DNA of 46,580 nucleotides from Escherichia coli (GTDB lineage Bacteria; Pseudomonadota; Gammaproteobacteria; Enterobacterales; Enterobacteriaceae): NCBI RefSeq assembly GCF_003334255.1, contig NZ_QOWU01000043.1; one strand, 5' to 3'. Shown piece by piece: positions 8,346 to 18,760 of this stretch (position 1 is its first letter; each line of letters starts with the position of its first letter). The notes under the pieces were generated by a model. It saw only the letters and a program-made list of their open reading frames with translations, ran no database searches and was not told where the DNA came from. The position numbers and the translations under genes were made by a program.

Positions 8346-10379
8346 TCACGCGTCCGGGAACATCACGCTATGGCCCGGCGCTTCACGATGGAGATGAATA
8401 AAGTTAAGGTGCCGCTCGTACTGGTCAAGAATATCGGTGATCACCTGCTCTTTGCTGTAGTCCATCAGGTCGTTGCCCTGGCTGCCTTCTAACAGGAAGG
8501 TTTCCAGCCGGTAGTAGGTCGATTTACCGCTGCGTGCGCGGTAGGTAAAGCCCGGCACCGAATATTGCTGCGGCCAAATCTGATAGACAAAGTTTTGCTC
8601 TTCGCCCATATGCACCAACAAATCCAGATGACCCAACTGCTGTCCCTCTTCCGGTGGCAGGCTTTTTAGCTCCACGTACGCGCCGCGCAACCGCAACTCC
8701 TGCGCCACTTCTTCCATTGCCGGGTAACAGACCGTCTCCATCATCTGTTTAGTGTAACGCGTGCCCGGATAATTCATCAGGCGCGAGAGACGTTTTTTCC
8801 AGCTCAGGCGATCCTGAAGCCCCAGCGGTCGCGGTGCGGTATCGCGGTTGGCACTTTCACGGCGGTAATCTTCTACCTTCAGAGATTTATACAACCCCGC
8901 CATCACGAAGAAGATCACAAAGCTGAACGGCAGCCCCATAATCACCGTGGTGTTTTGCAGCGCGGATATCCCGTTAGTCATCAGCATGCCGAGCGTCAGC
9001 AGGCCAATCGCCACCGACCAGAAGACGCGCAGCCAGCCGGGGGCGTCGCTGTTGATATCTTTAAGCTGCGAGGTGAAATTCCCCAGCACCAGCGCCCCGG
9101 AGTCCGCCGAGGTCACATAAAACAGCAGGCCAGTAATGGTGGCGACGGAGGCGCTAAAGGTAAACGCCGGATACTGCGCCAGCAGGCTGTAGAAGCCGCG
9201 CTCCGGATGGACCATCGCTTCCTCGGCAAATGCCGCGCCGCCGTGGATGATTTCATACAGCGCGCTATTGCCGAACACCGAGAGCCATAACAGCGTGAAG
9301 GTAAACGGAATAATCAACGTGCCCAGCACGAACTGGCGAATGGTACGCCCACGCGAGATACGCGCCAGGAACAAGCCGACAAACGGCGACCATGCCACCC
9401 ACCATGCCCAGAAGAAGAGCGTCCAGTTATTCATCCACTCAACCGGACGGTCGAAGGCAAAACTGTTGAGCGTCATGCCCATAAAGCGATTCACATAGTC
9501 GCCAACATTCAGCACCAGTGCATTAAGCAGGAACGAAGTGTCGCCCATAAACAATACGAACAGGATCAATCCCAGCGCCAGCGCGACATTAAGCTCCGAT
9601 AACACGCGAATGCCCTTATCGACACCGGAGGTGACAGAGATCGTGGCGATTATCACCGACAAGGCGATCAGTGCCGCTTTCGCCGCCATCGAATCGGGAA
9701 TATCAAACAGTACGCTCAAGCCATAGTTAAGCTGCACCACACCGATACCGAGCGTAGTGGCAATACCGAAGATAGTGCCGATCACCGCTGCAATATCCAC
9801 TGAGTGACCTATCGGCCCGTTAATCCGTTTACCGAAGATCGGGTACAGCGCCGAGCGGATGGTGAGCGGCAAATTATAACGATAGCTAAAGTATCCGAGC
9901 GCCATGCCCATCAGCGCATACATCGACCAGCCGGTTAAGCCGTAGTGAAACAGCGTCCAGACCATCGCCTGACGCGCGGCCTCAATCGTCTGTCCCGCGC
10001 CTTCCGGCGGCTGCATATACTGCGTTACCGGTTCGGCTACGGAGAAGAACATCAGGTCGATACCGATCCCGGCAGCAAACAGCATCGCCGCCCAACTCAG
10101 CAGGCTGAATTCCGGTTTGGATTGTTCTGGCCCGAGCTTCACCGAACCAAAACGCGAACAAGCGATACAGACCACAAAGACAATATAGAGCGTTGCCGCC
10201 AGCAGATAGTACCAACCGAAGGTTTTAGAAACCCAGTCCAGCGTGCGGCCAATCCACAGGGCCGAGAAGTCGCGAAACAGGATCGTTGTCAGGGAAAACA
10301 ACAAAATCAGTCCGGCGGAGGTGTAAAACACCACCGGATTGATTTTGTCCTTTTCCCTGCTGTGTGAAAGGTCTGTCAT
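8346..10379 (-). CDS. betT: choline transporter BetT (BCCT family)
   Basis: 677-aa polytopic membrane ORF, divergent from betIBA; recognised as BetT. Confidence 0.95.
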   Translation of the reverse strand: MTDLSHSREKDKINPVVFYTSAGLILLFSLTTILFRDFSALWIGRTLDWVSKTFGWYYLLAATLYIVFVVCIACSRFGSVKLGPEQSKPEFSLLSWAAMLFAAGIGIDLMFFSVAEPVTQYMQPPEGAGQTIEAARQAMVWTLFHYGLTGWSMYALMGMALGYFSYRYNLPLTIRSALYPIFGKRINGPIGHSVDIAAVIGTIFGIATTLGIGVVQLNYGLSVLFDIPDSMAAKAALIALSVIIATISVTSGVDKGIRVLSELNVALALGLILFVLFMGDTSFLLNALVLNVGDYVNRFMGMTLNSFAFDRPVEWMNNWTLFFWAWWVAWSPFVGLFLARISRGRTIRQFVLGTLIIPFTFTLLWLSVFGNSALYEIIHGGAAFAEEAMVHPERGFYSLLAQYPAFTFSASVATITGLLFYVTSADSGALVLGNFTSQLKDINSDAPGWLRVFWSVAIGLLTLGMLMTNGISALQNTTVIMGLPFSFVIFFVMAGLYKSLKVEDYRRESANRDTAPRPLGLQDRLSWKKRLSRLMNYPGTRYTKQMMETVCYPAMEEVAQELRLRGAYVELKSLPPEEGQQLGHLDLLVHMGEEQNFVYQIWPQQYSVPGFTYRARSGKSTYYRLETFLLEGSQGNDLMDYSKEQVITDILDQYERHLNFIHLHREAPGHSVMFPDA

Positions 10380-10444
10380 CCAGTATCCCCACTGTTATTG
10401 TTACTATTTAAAATCAAATTCGTAACAATTAAGACACATTTTAT

Positions 10445-10462
10445 ATTGAACGTCCAATCAAT
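10445..10462. promoter_or_regulatory. candidate BetI operator (ATTGA-N8-TCAAT dyad) in betT/betI divergent promoter region
   Basis: Dyad read directly; BetI is known to bind the betT-betI intergenic region, but the exact site assignment here is inference. Confidence 0.35.
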
Positions 10463-10507
10463 AACCGCTTTAATAGATAAACACCGCTGATGAATGGAGT
10501 GGCGAAA

Positions 10508-11095
10508 ATGCCCAAATTGGGGATGCAGTCGATCCGGCGCAGACAACTGATCGACGCCACACTGGAAGCAATAAATGAAGTGGGCATGCACGATGCAACG
10601 ATCGCGCAGATCGCCCGCCGTGCAGGCGTTTCTACGGGGATCATCAGCCACTATTTCAGGGACAAAAATGGTCTGCTGGAAGCAACCATGCGCGATATCA
10701 CCAGTCAGCTGCGTGACGCGGTTTTGAATCGATTACATGCACTTCCGCAGGGCAGTGCAGAGCAGCGATTACAGGCGATTGTTGGCGGAAACTTCGATGA
10801 AACGCAGGTGAGCAGTGCGGCGATGAAAGCCTGGCTGGCGTTCTGGGCCAGCAGTATGCATCAGCCGATGCTCTATCGTTTACAGCAGGTCAGCAGCCGC
10901 CGCTTGCTGTCGAATCTGGTGAGCGAGTTTCGTCGCGAATTGCCGCGCGAACAGGCACAGGAAGCGGGCTACGGCCTGGCCGCGCTGATTGATGGATTAT
11001 GGCTGCGCGCGGCTCTGAGCGGCAAACCGCTGGATAAAACCCGCGCTAATTCCCTGACCCGCCACTTTATCACTCAGCATCTACCCACCGATTAA
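10508..11095 (+). CDS. betI: TetR-family repressor BetI
   Basis: ORF 10490..11095; TetR-type N-terminal HTH ([24 protein letters not shown]); start set at MPKLGMQS to give 195 aa. Confidence 0.9.
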
Positions 11096-11108
11096 CCGAG
11101 GAGACGTG

Positions 11109-12581
11109 ATGTCCCGAATGGCAGAACAGCAGCTTTATATACATGGTGGTTATACCTCCGCCACCAGCGGTCGCACCTTCGAGACCATTAACCCGGCCAA
11201 CGGTAACGTGCTGGCGACCGTGCAGGCCGCCGGGCGCGAGGATGTCGATCGCGCCGTGAAAAGCGCCCAGCAGGGGCAAAAAATCTGGGCGTCGATGACC
11301 GCCATGGAGCGCTCGCGTATTCTGCGTCGGGCCGTTGATATTCTGCGTGAACGCAATGACGAACTCGCAAAACTGGAAACCCTCGACACCGGAAAAGCAT
11401 ATTCGGAAACCTCAACCGTCGATATCGTTACCGGTGCGGACGTGCTGGAGTACTACGCCGGGCTGATCCCGGCGCTGGAAGGCAGCCAGATCCCGTTGCG
11501 TGAAACGTCCTTTGTGTATACCCGCCGCGAACCGCTGGGCGTAGTGGCAGGGATTGGCGCATGGAACTACCCGATCCAGATTGCCCTGTGGAAATCCGCC
11601 CCGGCGCTGGCGGCAGGCAACGCAATGATTTTCAAACCGAGCGAAGTTACCCCGCTTACCGCGTTAAAGCTGGCTGAAATTTACAGCGAAGCGGGCCTGC
11701 CGGACGGCGTATTTAACGTGTTGCCGGGCGTGGGCGCGGAGACCGGGCAATATCTGACCGAGCATCCGGGCATTGCCAAAGTGTCATTTACCGGCGGTGT
11801 CGCCAGCGGCAAAAAAGTGATGGCTAACTCGGCGGCCTCTTCCCTGAAAGAAGTGACCATGGAACTGGGCGGTAAATCACCGCTGATCGTTTTCGATGAT
11901 GCGGATCTCGATCTCGCCGCCGATATCGCCATGATGGCAAACTTCTTCAGCTCCGGTCAGGTGTGTACCAATGGCACCCGCGTCTTCGTTCCGGCGAAAT
12001 GCAAAGCCGCATTTGAGCAGAAAATTCTGGCGCGCGTTGAGCGCATTCGCGCGGGCGACGTTTTCGATCCGCAAACTAACTTCGGCCCGCTGGTCAGCTT
12101 CCCGCATCGCGATAACGTGCTGCGCTATATCGCCAAAGGCAAAGAGGAAGGCGCGCGCGTACTGTGCGGCGGCGATGTACTGAAAGGCGATGGCTTCGAT
12201 AACGGCGCATGGGTTGCACCGACAGTGTTCACCGATTGCAGCGACGATATGACCATCGTGCGTGAAGAGATCTTCGGGCCAGTGATGTCCATTCTGACCT
12301 ACGAGTCGGAAGACGAAGTCATTCGCCGCGCTAACGATACCGACTACGGCCTGGCGGCGGGCATCGTGACAGCGGACCTGAACCGCGCGCATCGCGTCAT
12401 TCATCAGCTGGAAGCGGGTATTTGCTGGATCAACACCTGGGGCGAATCCCCGGCAGAGATGCCCGTTGGCGGCTACAAACACTCCGGCATTGGTCGCGAG
12501 AACGGCGTGATGACGCTCCAGAGTTACACCCAGGTGAAGTCCATCCAGGTTGAGATGGCTAAATTCCAGTCCATATTCTAA
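11109..12581 (+). CDS. betB: betaine aldehyde dehydrogenase BetB
   Basis: 490-aa ORF with aldehyde dehydrogenase motifs (ELGGKSP, catalytic-Cys region [11 protein letters not shown]). Confidence 0.95.
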   Translation: MSRMAEQQLYIHGGYTSATSGRTFETINPANGNVLATVQAAGREDVDRAVKSAQQGQKIWASMTAMERSRILRRAVDILRERNDELAKLETLDTGKAYSETSTVDIVTGADVLEYYAGLIPALEGSQIPLRETSFVYTRREPLGVVAGIGAWNYPIQIALWKSAPALAAGNAMIFKPSEVTPLTALKLAEIYSEAGLPDGVFNVLPGVGAETGQYLTEHPGIAKVSFTGGVASGKKVMANSAASSLKEVTMELGGKSPLIVFDDADLDLAADIAMMANFFSSGQVCTNGTRVFVPAKCKAAFEQKILARVERIRAGDVFDPQTNFGPLVSFPHRDNVLRYIAKGKEEGARVLCGGDVLKGDGFDNGAWVAPTVFTDCSDDMTIVREEIFGPVMSILTYESEDEVIRRANDTDYGLAAGIVTADLNRAHRVIHQLEAGICWINTWGESPAEMPVGGYKHSGIGRENGVMTLQSYTQVKSIQVEMAKFQSIF

Positions 12582-12594
12582 CCAGGAGGTTTAT

Positions 12595-14265
12595 TTGCAA
12601 TTTGACTACATCATTATTGGTGCCGGCTCAGCCGGCAACGTTCTCGCTACCCGTCTGACTGAAGATCCGAATACCTCCGTGCTGCTGCTTGAAGCGGGCG
12701 GCCCGGACTATCGCTTTGACTTCCGCACCCAGATGCCCGCTGCCCTGGCATTCCCGCTACAGGGTAAACGCTACAACTGGGCCTATGAAACGGAACCTGA
12801 ACCGTTTATGAATAACCGCCGCATGGAGTGCGGACGCGGTAAAGGTCTGGGTGGATCGTCGCTGATCAACGGCATGTGCTACATCCGTGGCAATGCGCTG
12901 GATCTCGATAACTGGGCGCAAGAACCCGGTCTGGAGAACTGGAGCTACCTCGACTGCCTGCCCTACTACCGCAAGGCCGAGACTCGCGATATGGGTGAAA
13001 ACGACTATCACGGCGGTGATGGCCCGGTGAGCGTCACTACCTCCAAACCCGGCGTCAATCCGCTGTTTGAAGCGATGATTGAAGCGGGCGTGCAGGCGGG
13101 CTACCCGCGCACGGACGATCTCAACGGTTATCAGCAGGAAGGTTTTGGTCCGATGGATCGCACCGTCACGCCGCAGGGCCGTCGCGCCAGCACCGCGCGT
13201 GGCTATCTCGATCAGGCCAAATCGCGTCCTAACCTGACCATTCGTACTCACGCTATGACCGATCACATCATTTTTGACGGCAAACGCGCGGTGGGCGTCG
13301 AATGGCTGGAAGGCGACAGCACCATCCCAACCCGCGCAACGGCCAACAAAGAAGTGCTGTTATGTGCAGGCGCGATTGCCTCACCGCAGATCCTGCAACG
13401 CTCCGGCGTCGGCAACGCTGAACTGCTGGCGGAGTTTGATATTCCGCTGGTGCATGAATTACCCGGCGTCGGCGAAAATCTTCAGGATCATCTGGAGATG
13501 TATCTGCAATATGAGTGCAAAGAACCGGTTTCCCTCTACCCTGCCCTGCAGTGGTGGAACCAGCCGAAAATCGGTGCGGAGTGGCTGTTTGGCGGCACTG
13601 GCGTTGGTGCCAGCAACCACTTTGAAGCAGGTGGATTTATTCGCAGCCGTGAGGAATTTGCGTGGCCGAATATTCAGTACCATTTCCTGCCAGTAGCGAT
13701 TAACTATAACGGCTCGAATGCAGTGAAAGAGCACGGTTTCCAGTGCCACGTCGGCTCAATGCGCTCGCCAAGCCGTGGGCATGTGCGGATTAAATCCCGC
13801 GACCCGCACCAGCATCCGGCGATTCTGTTTAACTACATGTCGCACGAGCAGGACTGGCAGGAGTTCCGCGACGCAATTCGCATCACCCGCGAGATCATGC
13901 ATCAACCCGCGCTGGATCAGTATCGTGGCCGCGAAATCAGCCCCGGTGTCGAATGCCAGACGGATGAACAGCTCGATGAGTTCGTGCGTAACCACGCCGA
14001 AACCGCCTTCCATCCGTGCGGTACCTGCAAAATGGGTTACGACGAGATGTCCGTGGTTGACGGCGAAGGCCGCGTACACGGGTTAGAAGGCCTGCGTGTG
14101 GTGGATGCGTCGATTATGCCGCAGATTATCACCGGGAATTTGAACGCCACGACAATTATGATTGGCGAGAAAATAGCGGATATGATTCGTGGACAGGAAG
14201 CGCTGCCGAGGAGCACGGCGGGATATTTTGTGGCAAATGGGATGCCGGTGAGAGCGAAAAAATGA
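12595..14265 (+). CDS. betA: choline dehydrogenase BetA (GMC oxidoreductase)
   Basis: FAD-binding Rossmann motif [11 protein letters not shown] near N-terminus; start assigned to TTG at 12595 preceded by AGGAGG (12585..12590); the ORF track's upstream extension from 12550 overlaps betB and is probably not translated. Confidence 0.9.
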   Translation: MQFDYIIIGAGSAGNVLATRLTEDPNTSVLLLEAGGPDYRFDFRTQMPAALAFPLQGKRYNWAYETEPEPFMNNRRMECGRGKGLGGSSLINGMCYIRGNALDLDNWAQEPGLENWSYLDCLPYYRKAETRDMGENDYHGGDGPVSVTTSKPGVNPLFEAMIEAGVQAGYPRTDDLNGYQQEGFGPMDRTVTPQGRRASTARGYLDQAKSRPNLTIRTHAMTDHIIFDGKRAVGVEWLEGDSTIPTRATANKEVLLCAGAIASPQILQRSGVGNAELLAEFDIPLVHELPGVGENLQDHLEMYLQYECKEPVSLYPALQWWNQPKIGAEWLFGGTGVGASNHFEAGGFIRSREEFAWPNIQYHFLPVAINYNGSNAVKEHGFQCHVGSMRSPSRGHVRIKSRDPHQHPAILFNYMSHEQDWQEFRDAIRITREIMHQPALDQYRGREISPGVECQTDEQLDEFVRNHAETAFHPCGTCKMGYDEMSVVDGEGRVHGLEGLRVVDASIMPQIITGNLNATTIMIGEKIADMIRGQEALPRSTAGYFVANGMPVRAKK

Positions 14266-14477
14266 GTCGTGATGTGAACTAACGCAGGAACCGATCAGAT
14301 TGAGAGTTACCGTTCCAGAGAGGGGGACCGAATCCTTATATAAACACTGAGGTAACTCTCATGCTTCATATCCAGTATTCATGATGCGGGCTTTTTGCTG
14401 ATATTTAACCCGAACATTCCTGATACAGACTATTAATACAACCTTATCTGCGACAGATTTTATTCTCTGGATATATT

Positions 14478-15146
14478 ATGCGTGAACAAATCAAACAGGA
14501 TATCGATCTGATTGAGATTTTATTTTATCTGAAGAAAAAGATTCGTGTTATCCTTTTTATTATGGCTATATGTATGGCTATGGTGCTGTTGTTTCTGTAT
14601 ATCAATAAAGACAATATAAAAGTGATTTACAGCCTAAAAATAAACCAGACAACGCCAGGTATACTTGTTAGCTGTGATAGCAATAATAATTTTGCCTGTC
14701 AGACTACAATGACTGAAGATGTTATTCAGCGAATTACTACATTTTTTCACACCAGCCCAGATGTCAAGAACAGAGAAATAAGGCTGGAATGGTCAGGAGA
14801 TAAGAGAGCTTTACCAACTGCTGAAGAGGAAATATCTCGCGTGCAGGCCTCTATTATCAAATGGTATGCGTCAGAATATCATAATGGCAGGCAAGTTCTC
14901 GATGAGATACAAACGCCTTCAGCAATTAACAGTGAGCTTTATACAAAAATGATATACCTGACCAGGAACTGGTCATTGTATCCGAACGGTGATGGCTGTG
15001 TAACTATAAGCTCACCAGAAATAAAAAATAAATACCCTGCTGCCATTTGCCTGGCTCTGGGATTTTTTCTAAGCATTGTAATTTCTGTAATGTTTTGCCT
15101 TGTCAAAAAAATGGTAGATGAATACCAACAAAACTCTGGGCAGTAA
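14478..15146 (+). CDS. ykgH: inner membrane protein YkgH, with Wzz/polysaccharide co-polymerase-like N-terminus
   Basis: 222-aa ORF with N- and C-terminal hydrophobic segments; N-terminal DIDLIEIL...K..I motif resembles chain-length determinant proteins; visibly AT-rich. Confidence 0.85.
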   Translation: MREQIKQDIDLIEILFYLKKKIRVILFIMAICMAMVLLFLYINKDNIKVIYSLKINQTTPGILVSCDSNNNFACQTTMTEDVIQRITTFFHTSPDVKNREIRLEWSGDKRALPTAEEEISRVQASIIKWYASEYHNGRQVLDEIQTPSAINSELYTKMIYLTRNWSLYPNGDGCVTISSPEIKNKYPAAICLALGFFLSIVISVMFCLVKKMVDEYQQNSGQ

Positions 15147-15241
15147 TAAACAACATTCTGATAGAGAGTGCCTGTATAAAGCTGAAGTGACAATGACCGG
15201 GAAGGGAACCCGTTTTCAGGAATGGATGCCTGTCTTTTTCA

Positions 15242-15282
15242 CTGTAAATATCCTGGCATTGGTAATACCAGGATATTTACAG
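15242..15282. repeat. 15-bp perfect inverted repeat CTGTAAATATCCTGG-N11-CCAGGATATTTACAG between convergent ykgH and ykgG
   Basis: Direct read; no adjacent U-run, so not a canonical intrinsic terminator. Confidence 0.6.
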
Positions 15283-15388
15283 AAGAGCAGCATAACCATG
15301 ACGGAACGGGGTTAAGTCAGGTTGTCCTAAACGCTATTTTCAACCTCGTATGCCTTCTTCAGGTTTATGTCCAGACTTCATATCTCTC

Positions 15389-16084
15389 TCAACAATCCTC
15401 AATAATCAGATACACCGCTTTCACCGGGCCATGAACTCCGACGACTTTGATAAGCTCAATATCCGCCGTTGAACTGGGGCCGCTAATGATGTTAATGCAG
15501 GAAGGCATTCGTTCACCGGCCTGCGCTTTCTGATGCAATTTTTCTGCGAGTTGCGCTACACGCGGCAGGATAGTGCTTTTACGCAGGATAAAAAGAGAAT
15601 ATTCCGGGAGCAGGCTCAATGAACGCCCGCGCTCGGCGGCGGAAAAAAGAACCACGCCTCCCGATTCGGTTAAACCATATTCAGCATACACAACACCCAC
15701 TTTAGCCTGCTCTGCCTGCGAGATATTCTCGGCACCTTTCGCCGGATCCCAAACAACGGCATTGCATTCCTGCTGCAAACGTTCGCTAATCCCCAATTCC
15801 TCCAGCCTCGTGTCACCGCTAATCACGACCGACTGATCTCCCAGCTCTTTACACAGACGTATTGCAGCTTCTGCCGCCTTCGCCTCGCTGGTCAGCTCAC
15901 AGCGCGTCAACATAACATCGCTGGCAAACTGAATAAACGCGTCACAGCGCTGCTGTTGGTTAAGTTGGGTAAGCCGCTCGTTAGCATAGTTGTTAAGCGG
16001 CGCATCTTCTGCTTGCGGTTCAAGTCGCAGCGGGCGACCCAGTGCCTGAGCAACGTTATTCAAAAATTCGCCTCGATTATCCAT
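15389..16084 (-). CDS. ykgG: LutC-like protein YkgG
   Basis: ORF 15389..16237; start set at MDNRGEF (231 aa), where the ATG overlaps the ykgF stop in an ATGGATAA junction. Confidence 0.9.
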   Translation of the reverse strand: MDNRGEFLNNVAQALGRPLRLEPQAEDAPLNNYANERLTQLNQQQRCDAFIQFASDVMLTRCELTSEAKAAEAAIRLCKELGDQSVVISGDTRLEELGISERLQQECNAVVWDPAKGAENISQAEQAKVGVVYAEYGLTESGGVVLFSAAERGRSLSLLPEYSLFILRKSTILPRVAQLAEKLHQKAQAGERMPSCINIISGPSSTADIELIKVVGVHGPVKAVYLIIEDC

Positions 16085-17504
16085 TCTTTTTCTCCTGCGC
16101 CTGATGTTTCTTAAACCAACTACGGAAACTCTCTCCGTCAGCTTCAGGAAGATCGCGTGCTTCCATCCAGTCGCTAATCGCGCCAAATTTGAGTGGTGTT
16201 TTGCCGCCATTGATAAACCAGCTTGCCGCATGAGCACCGGCCATCATCCCGACTTTCCACAATCCTGGATGACTATTGGCATAAGCGAACATTTTTATCG
16301 CCCGTTGCTCTGCTTTTGCGGTGATCCCTTTTTCAGCCATCACCCGACGATGACGCAAAATCAGTTTTGACAGCGGAATACGCACCGGACACACGTTGTC
16401 ACAAGCTGTGCATAAAGAGCAGGCGTAGGGTAAATCTTTAAAATCTTTATAGCCGCCAAGTAGCGGAGAAATCACCGCACCAATTGGCCCTGGATAAATA
16501 GAGCCATATCCATGACCGCCAATATGGCGATATGCCGGACAAGTATTCATACAAGCCCCGCAGCGAATACAGCGCAGCACATCCCGAAATTCAGAGGCCA
16601 GCACCTCAGAACGCCCGTTATCGACAATAACCAGATGAAACTCTTCAGGACCATCAACGTGCCCAGCTTCGCGCGGTCCTGTCAGCCAGGTGTTGTATCC
16701 CGTCAAACGTGCACCAACGGCACTGCGCGCCAGCATGGTGATCAATACATCTACCTCGGCAAACGTGGGGGCAATACGCTCCATTCCCATCACTGCAATA
16801 TGCGTTTTAGGCAGCGTGGTACACATTCGCGCATTACCTTCATTGGTCACCAGGCATACCGAACCGGTCTCTGCCACCGCGAAATTACAGCCGGTAATAC
16901 CTATTTCAGCACTGAGGAAATCTTCGCGGATTTTTTGCCGGATGAATAAGGTCATCGCTTCAGGCGTTTCCGGCCCCTCATAGCCCAGACGTTCGTGTAG
17001 CACTCGACGGATCTGATGGCGATCTTTATGAATTGCCGGGACCACAACATGAGATGGCGGATCTTGATCCAGCTGAAGAATATATTCACCCAGATCGGTT
17101 TCAATCACCTGAATGCCAGCATCCTGCAACACATGATTGACACCAATCTCTTCGGTCACCATCGATTTAGATTTCACCACCTTCCGGGCATTTTTGCGTT
17201 GGGCAACCTGTAAAATGTAGCGGGTAGCGTCTTCTTTGGTTCTTGCAAAATAGACGTGACCGCCGTTTTGCGTCACTTTTTCTGAGAGCTGGTACAGATA
17301 AGCGTCGAGATTACTCAGAACATGATCACGTATCTGGGCGGCCCGATCGCGCCACTCCTCCCAGTGCCCCAATTCATCGACCATTTTTTGCCGATTTGCC
17401 CCAATACGCTGCTGCGCGTTTGCCACCGCTTTGCGCATGATCGGATCTTCAATTTGCTGACGGATGCGTGTCTTAAAATCTGTATTACTGGTTTTGATCG
17501 ACAT
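16077..17504 (-). CDS. ykgF: LutB-like iron-sulfur protein YkgF
   Basis: 475-aa ORF with two 4Fe-4S ferredoxin-type cysteine clusters (CIRCGACMNTCP, CSLCTACDNVCP). Confidence 0.95.
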   Translation of the reverse strand: MSIKTSNTDFKTRIRQQIEDPIMRKAVANAQQRIGANRQKMVDELGHWEEWRDRAAQIRDHVLSNLDAYLYQLSEKVTQNGGHVYFARTKEDATRYILQVAQRKNARKVVKSKSMVTEEIGVNHVLQDAGIQVIETDLGEYILQLDQDPPSHVVVPAIHKDRHQIRRVLHERLGYEGPETPEAMTLFIRQKIREDFLSAEIGITGCNFAVAETGSVCLVTNEGNARMCTTLPKTHIAVMGMERIAPTFAEVDVLITMLARSAVGARLTGYNTWLTGPREAGHVDGPEEFHLVIVDNGRSEVLASEFRDVLRCIRCGACMNTCPAYRHIGGHGYGSIYPGPIGAVISPLLGGYKDFKDLPYACSLCTACDNVCPVRIPLSKLILRHRRVMAEKGITAKAEQRAIKMFAYANSHPGLWKVGMMAGAHAASWFINGGKTPLKFGAISDWMEARDLPEADGESFRSWFKKHQAQEKKNG

Positions 17505-17514
17505 CTTTATATCC

Positions 17515-18234
17515 TCAGCGGCTCATCAACACTTCAGCAATATGCATCACTTTGACTTTCTGCCCTTCCCGTTGTAATCGCCCACTGATGTTTAGCAGGC
17601 AACTCACGTCAGCACCAATTAAATACTCAGGGCGGACTTCCATCAGGTGCGCAACCTTTTCTTTCACCATCTCGCCGGATATTTCGGCCATTTTGACCGA
17701 GAACGTGCCGCCAAATCCGCAGCAGGTATCCTGTTCAGCAAAGGTCAACAGCTCCAGTCCACGCACATTTTTCAGCAGCGTAAGTGGCTCGTCCTTCACT
17801 CCCAGCTTACGGGCCAGGCTACAAGATGGGTGATACACCGCTCTCCCTTGCAAACTGGCACCTACATCGACTACCCCTAATTTATTAACAATAAAAGAGG
17901 TGAGATCCTGCATACGCGCGGCAACCTTTGCGGCACGTGATGCCCATTCAGGTTCATCCGCCAGATACGTCGGGTAACTTTTTACGGCATAGGTGCAAGA
18001 GCCAGCCGGTGAAATAATGGGATCGTCGTTATCCTCCAGTGCGGCGATCAGATTTTTCATCCCTGGAATCGCTTCTTTGATATAACCGCTATTGATCGCA
18101 GGCTGACCGCAGCATCCCTGTTTCTCCGGGAAATTTACGCGACAGCCGAGTTTTTCCAGTAGCAGCACGGAGTCTCGTGCCATTCTTGATTTCAGGGCGT
18201 CACCAATACAGGTGACAAAGAAATTGACATTCAC
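17515..18234 (-). CDS. ykgE: LutA-like cysteine-rich (CCG domain) protein YkgE
   Basis: 239-aa ORF with two CCG motifs (GCCGQP, CCGFGG); first gene of the ykgEFG operon. Confidence 0.95.
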   Translation of the reverse strand: MNVNFFVTCIGDALKSRMARDSVLLLEKLGCRVNFPEKQGCCGQPAINSGYIKEAIPGMKNLIAALEDNDDPIISPAGSCTYAVKSYPTYLADEPEWASRAAKVAARMQDLTSFIVNKLGVVDVGASLQGRAVYHPSCSLARKLGVKDEPLTLLKNVRGLELLTFAEQDTCCGFGGTFSVKMAEISGEMVKEKVAHLMEVRPEYLIGADVSCLLNISGRLQREGQKVKVMHIAEVLMSR

Positions 18235-18760
18235 AACTAATACTCCATTACTTCATGCCCATTTATGCCCGATGTTTCCCCCCCACCGGGGGATCAATCA
18301 TCAATAAATATGGCGTTCTTTTTTAATTGGCTAGCAACATACCACCCCTCATTTGTATGACAAATGATAATCTTTCATCCAAACGTCAAATGCAATAACT
18401 AATTTTATTTCTTTCGGCATCGCTCACATTTTATGGGGAAATCGACGATCATTTTTGGCATAAGAAATCCATTTAAAAATGGCTACATCCCTTATACCTA
18501 TTCAGAGCTACTTATTCAGGGGTTATTGAGATATACACTGATGGTGTACAAAAAAATCACCGACAATAATCACGTATCAAGTAATAGTCGGGATTTTATT
18601 TAATTGAAGCAATTTAGTTTGCATTTTTATTTAAAAACTGAGCTAGAGTCCATCAGAAAAAATATATAAAGCCCAAACCACCGTTGGAAATAGAAATAGT
18701 TGAAAGGCTCACAACTCCCGGAATGCGGATTATCTTTGCCCTGATTTCTGGCGGTTTTAT

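Noticed and set aside
15118-15315. 65-aa ORF spanning the ykgH/ykgG convergent intergenic region
   Set aside because: Overlaps the ykgH 3' end and the 15-bp inverted repeat; no SD; likely spurious.
18278-18292. C7-ACC-G5 mini-hairpin in the ykgE leader
   Set aside because: Very short stem with a 3-nt loop and no obvious regulatory context; could affect ykgE translation, but the evidence is too thin for a feature call.
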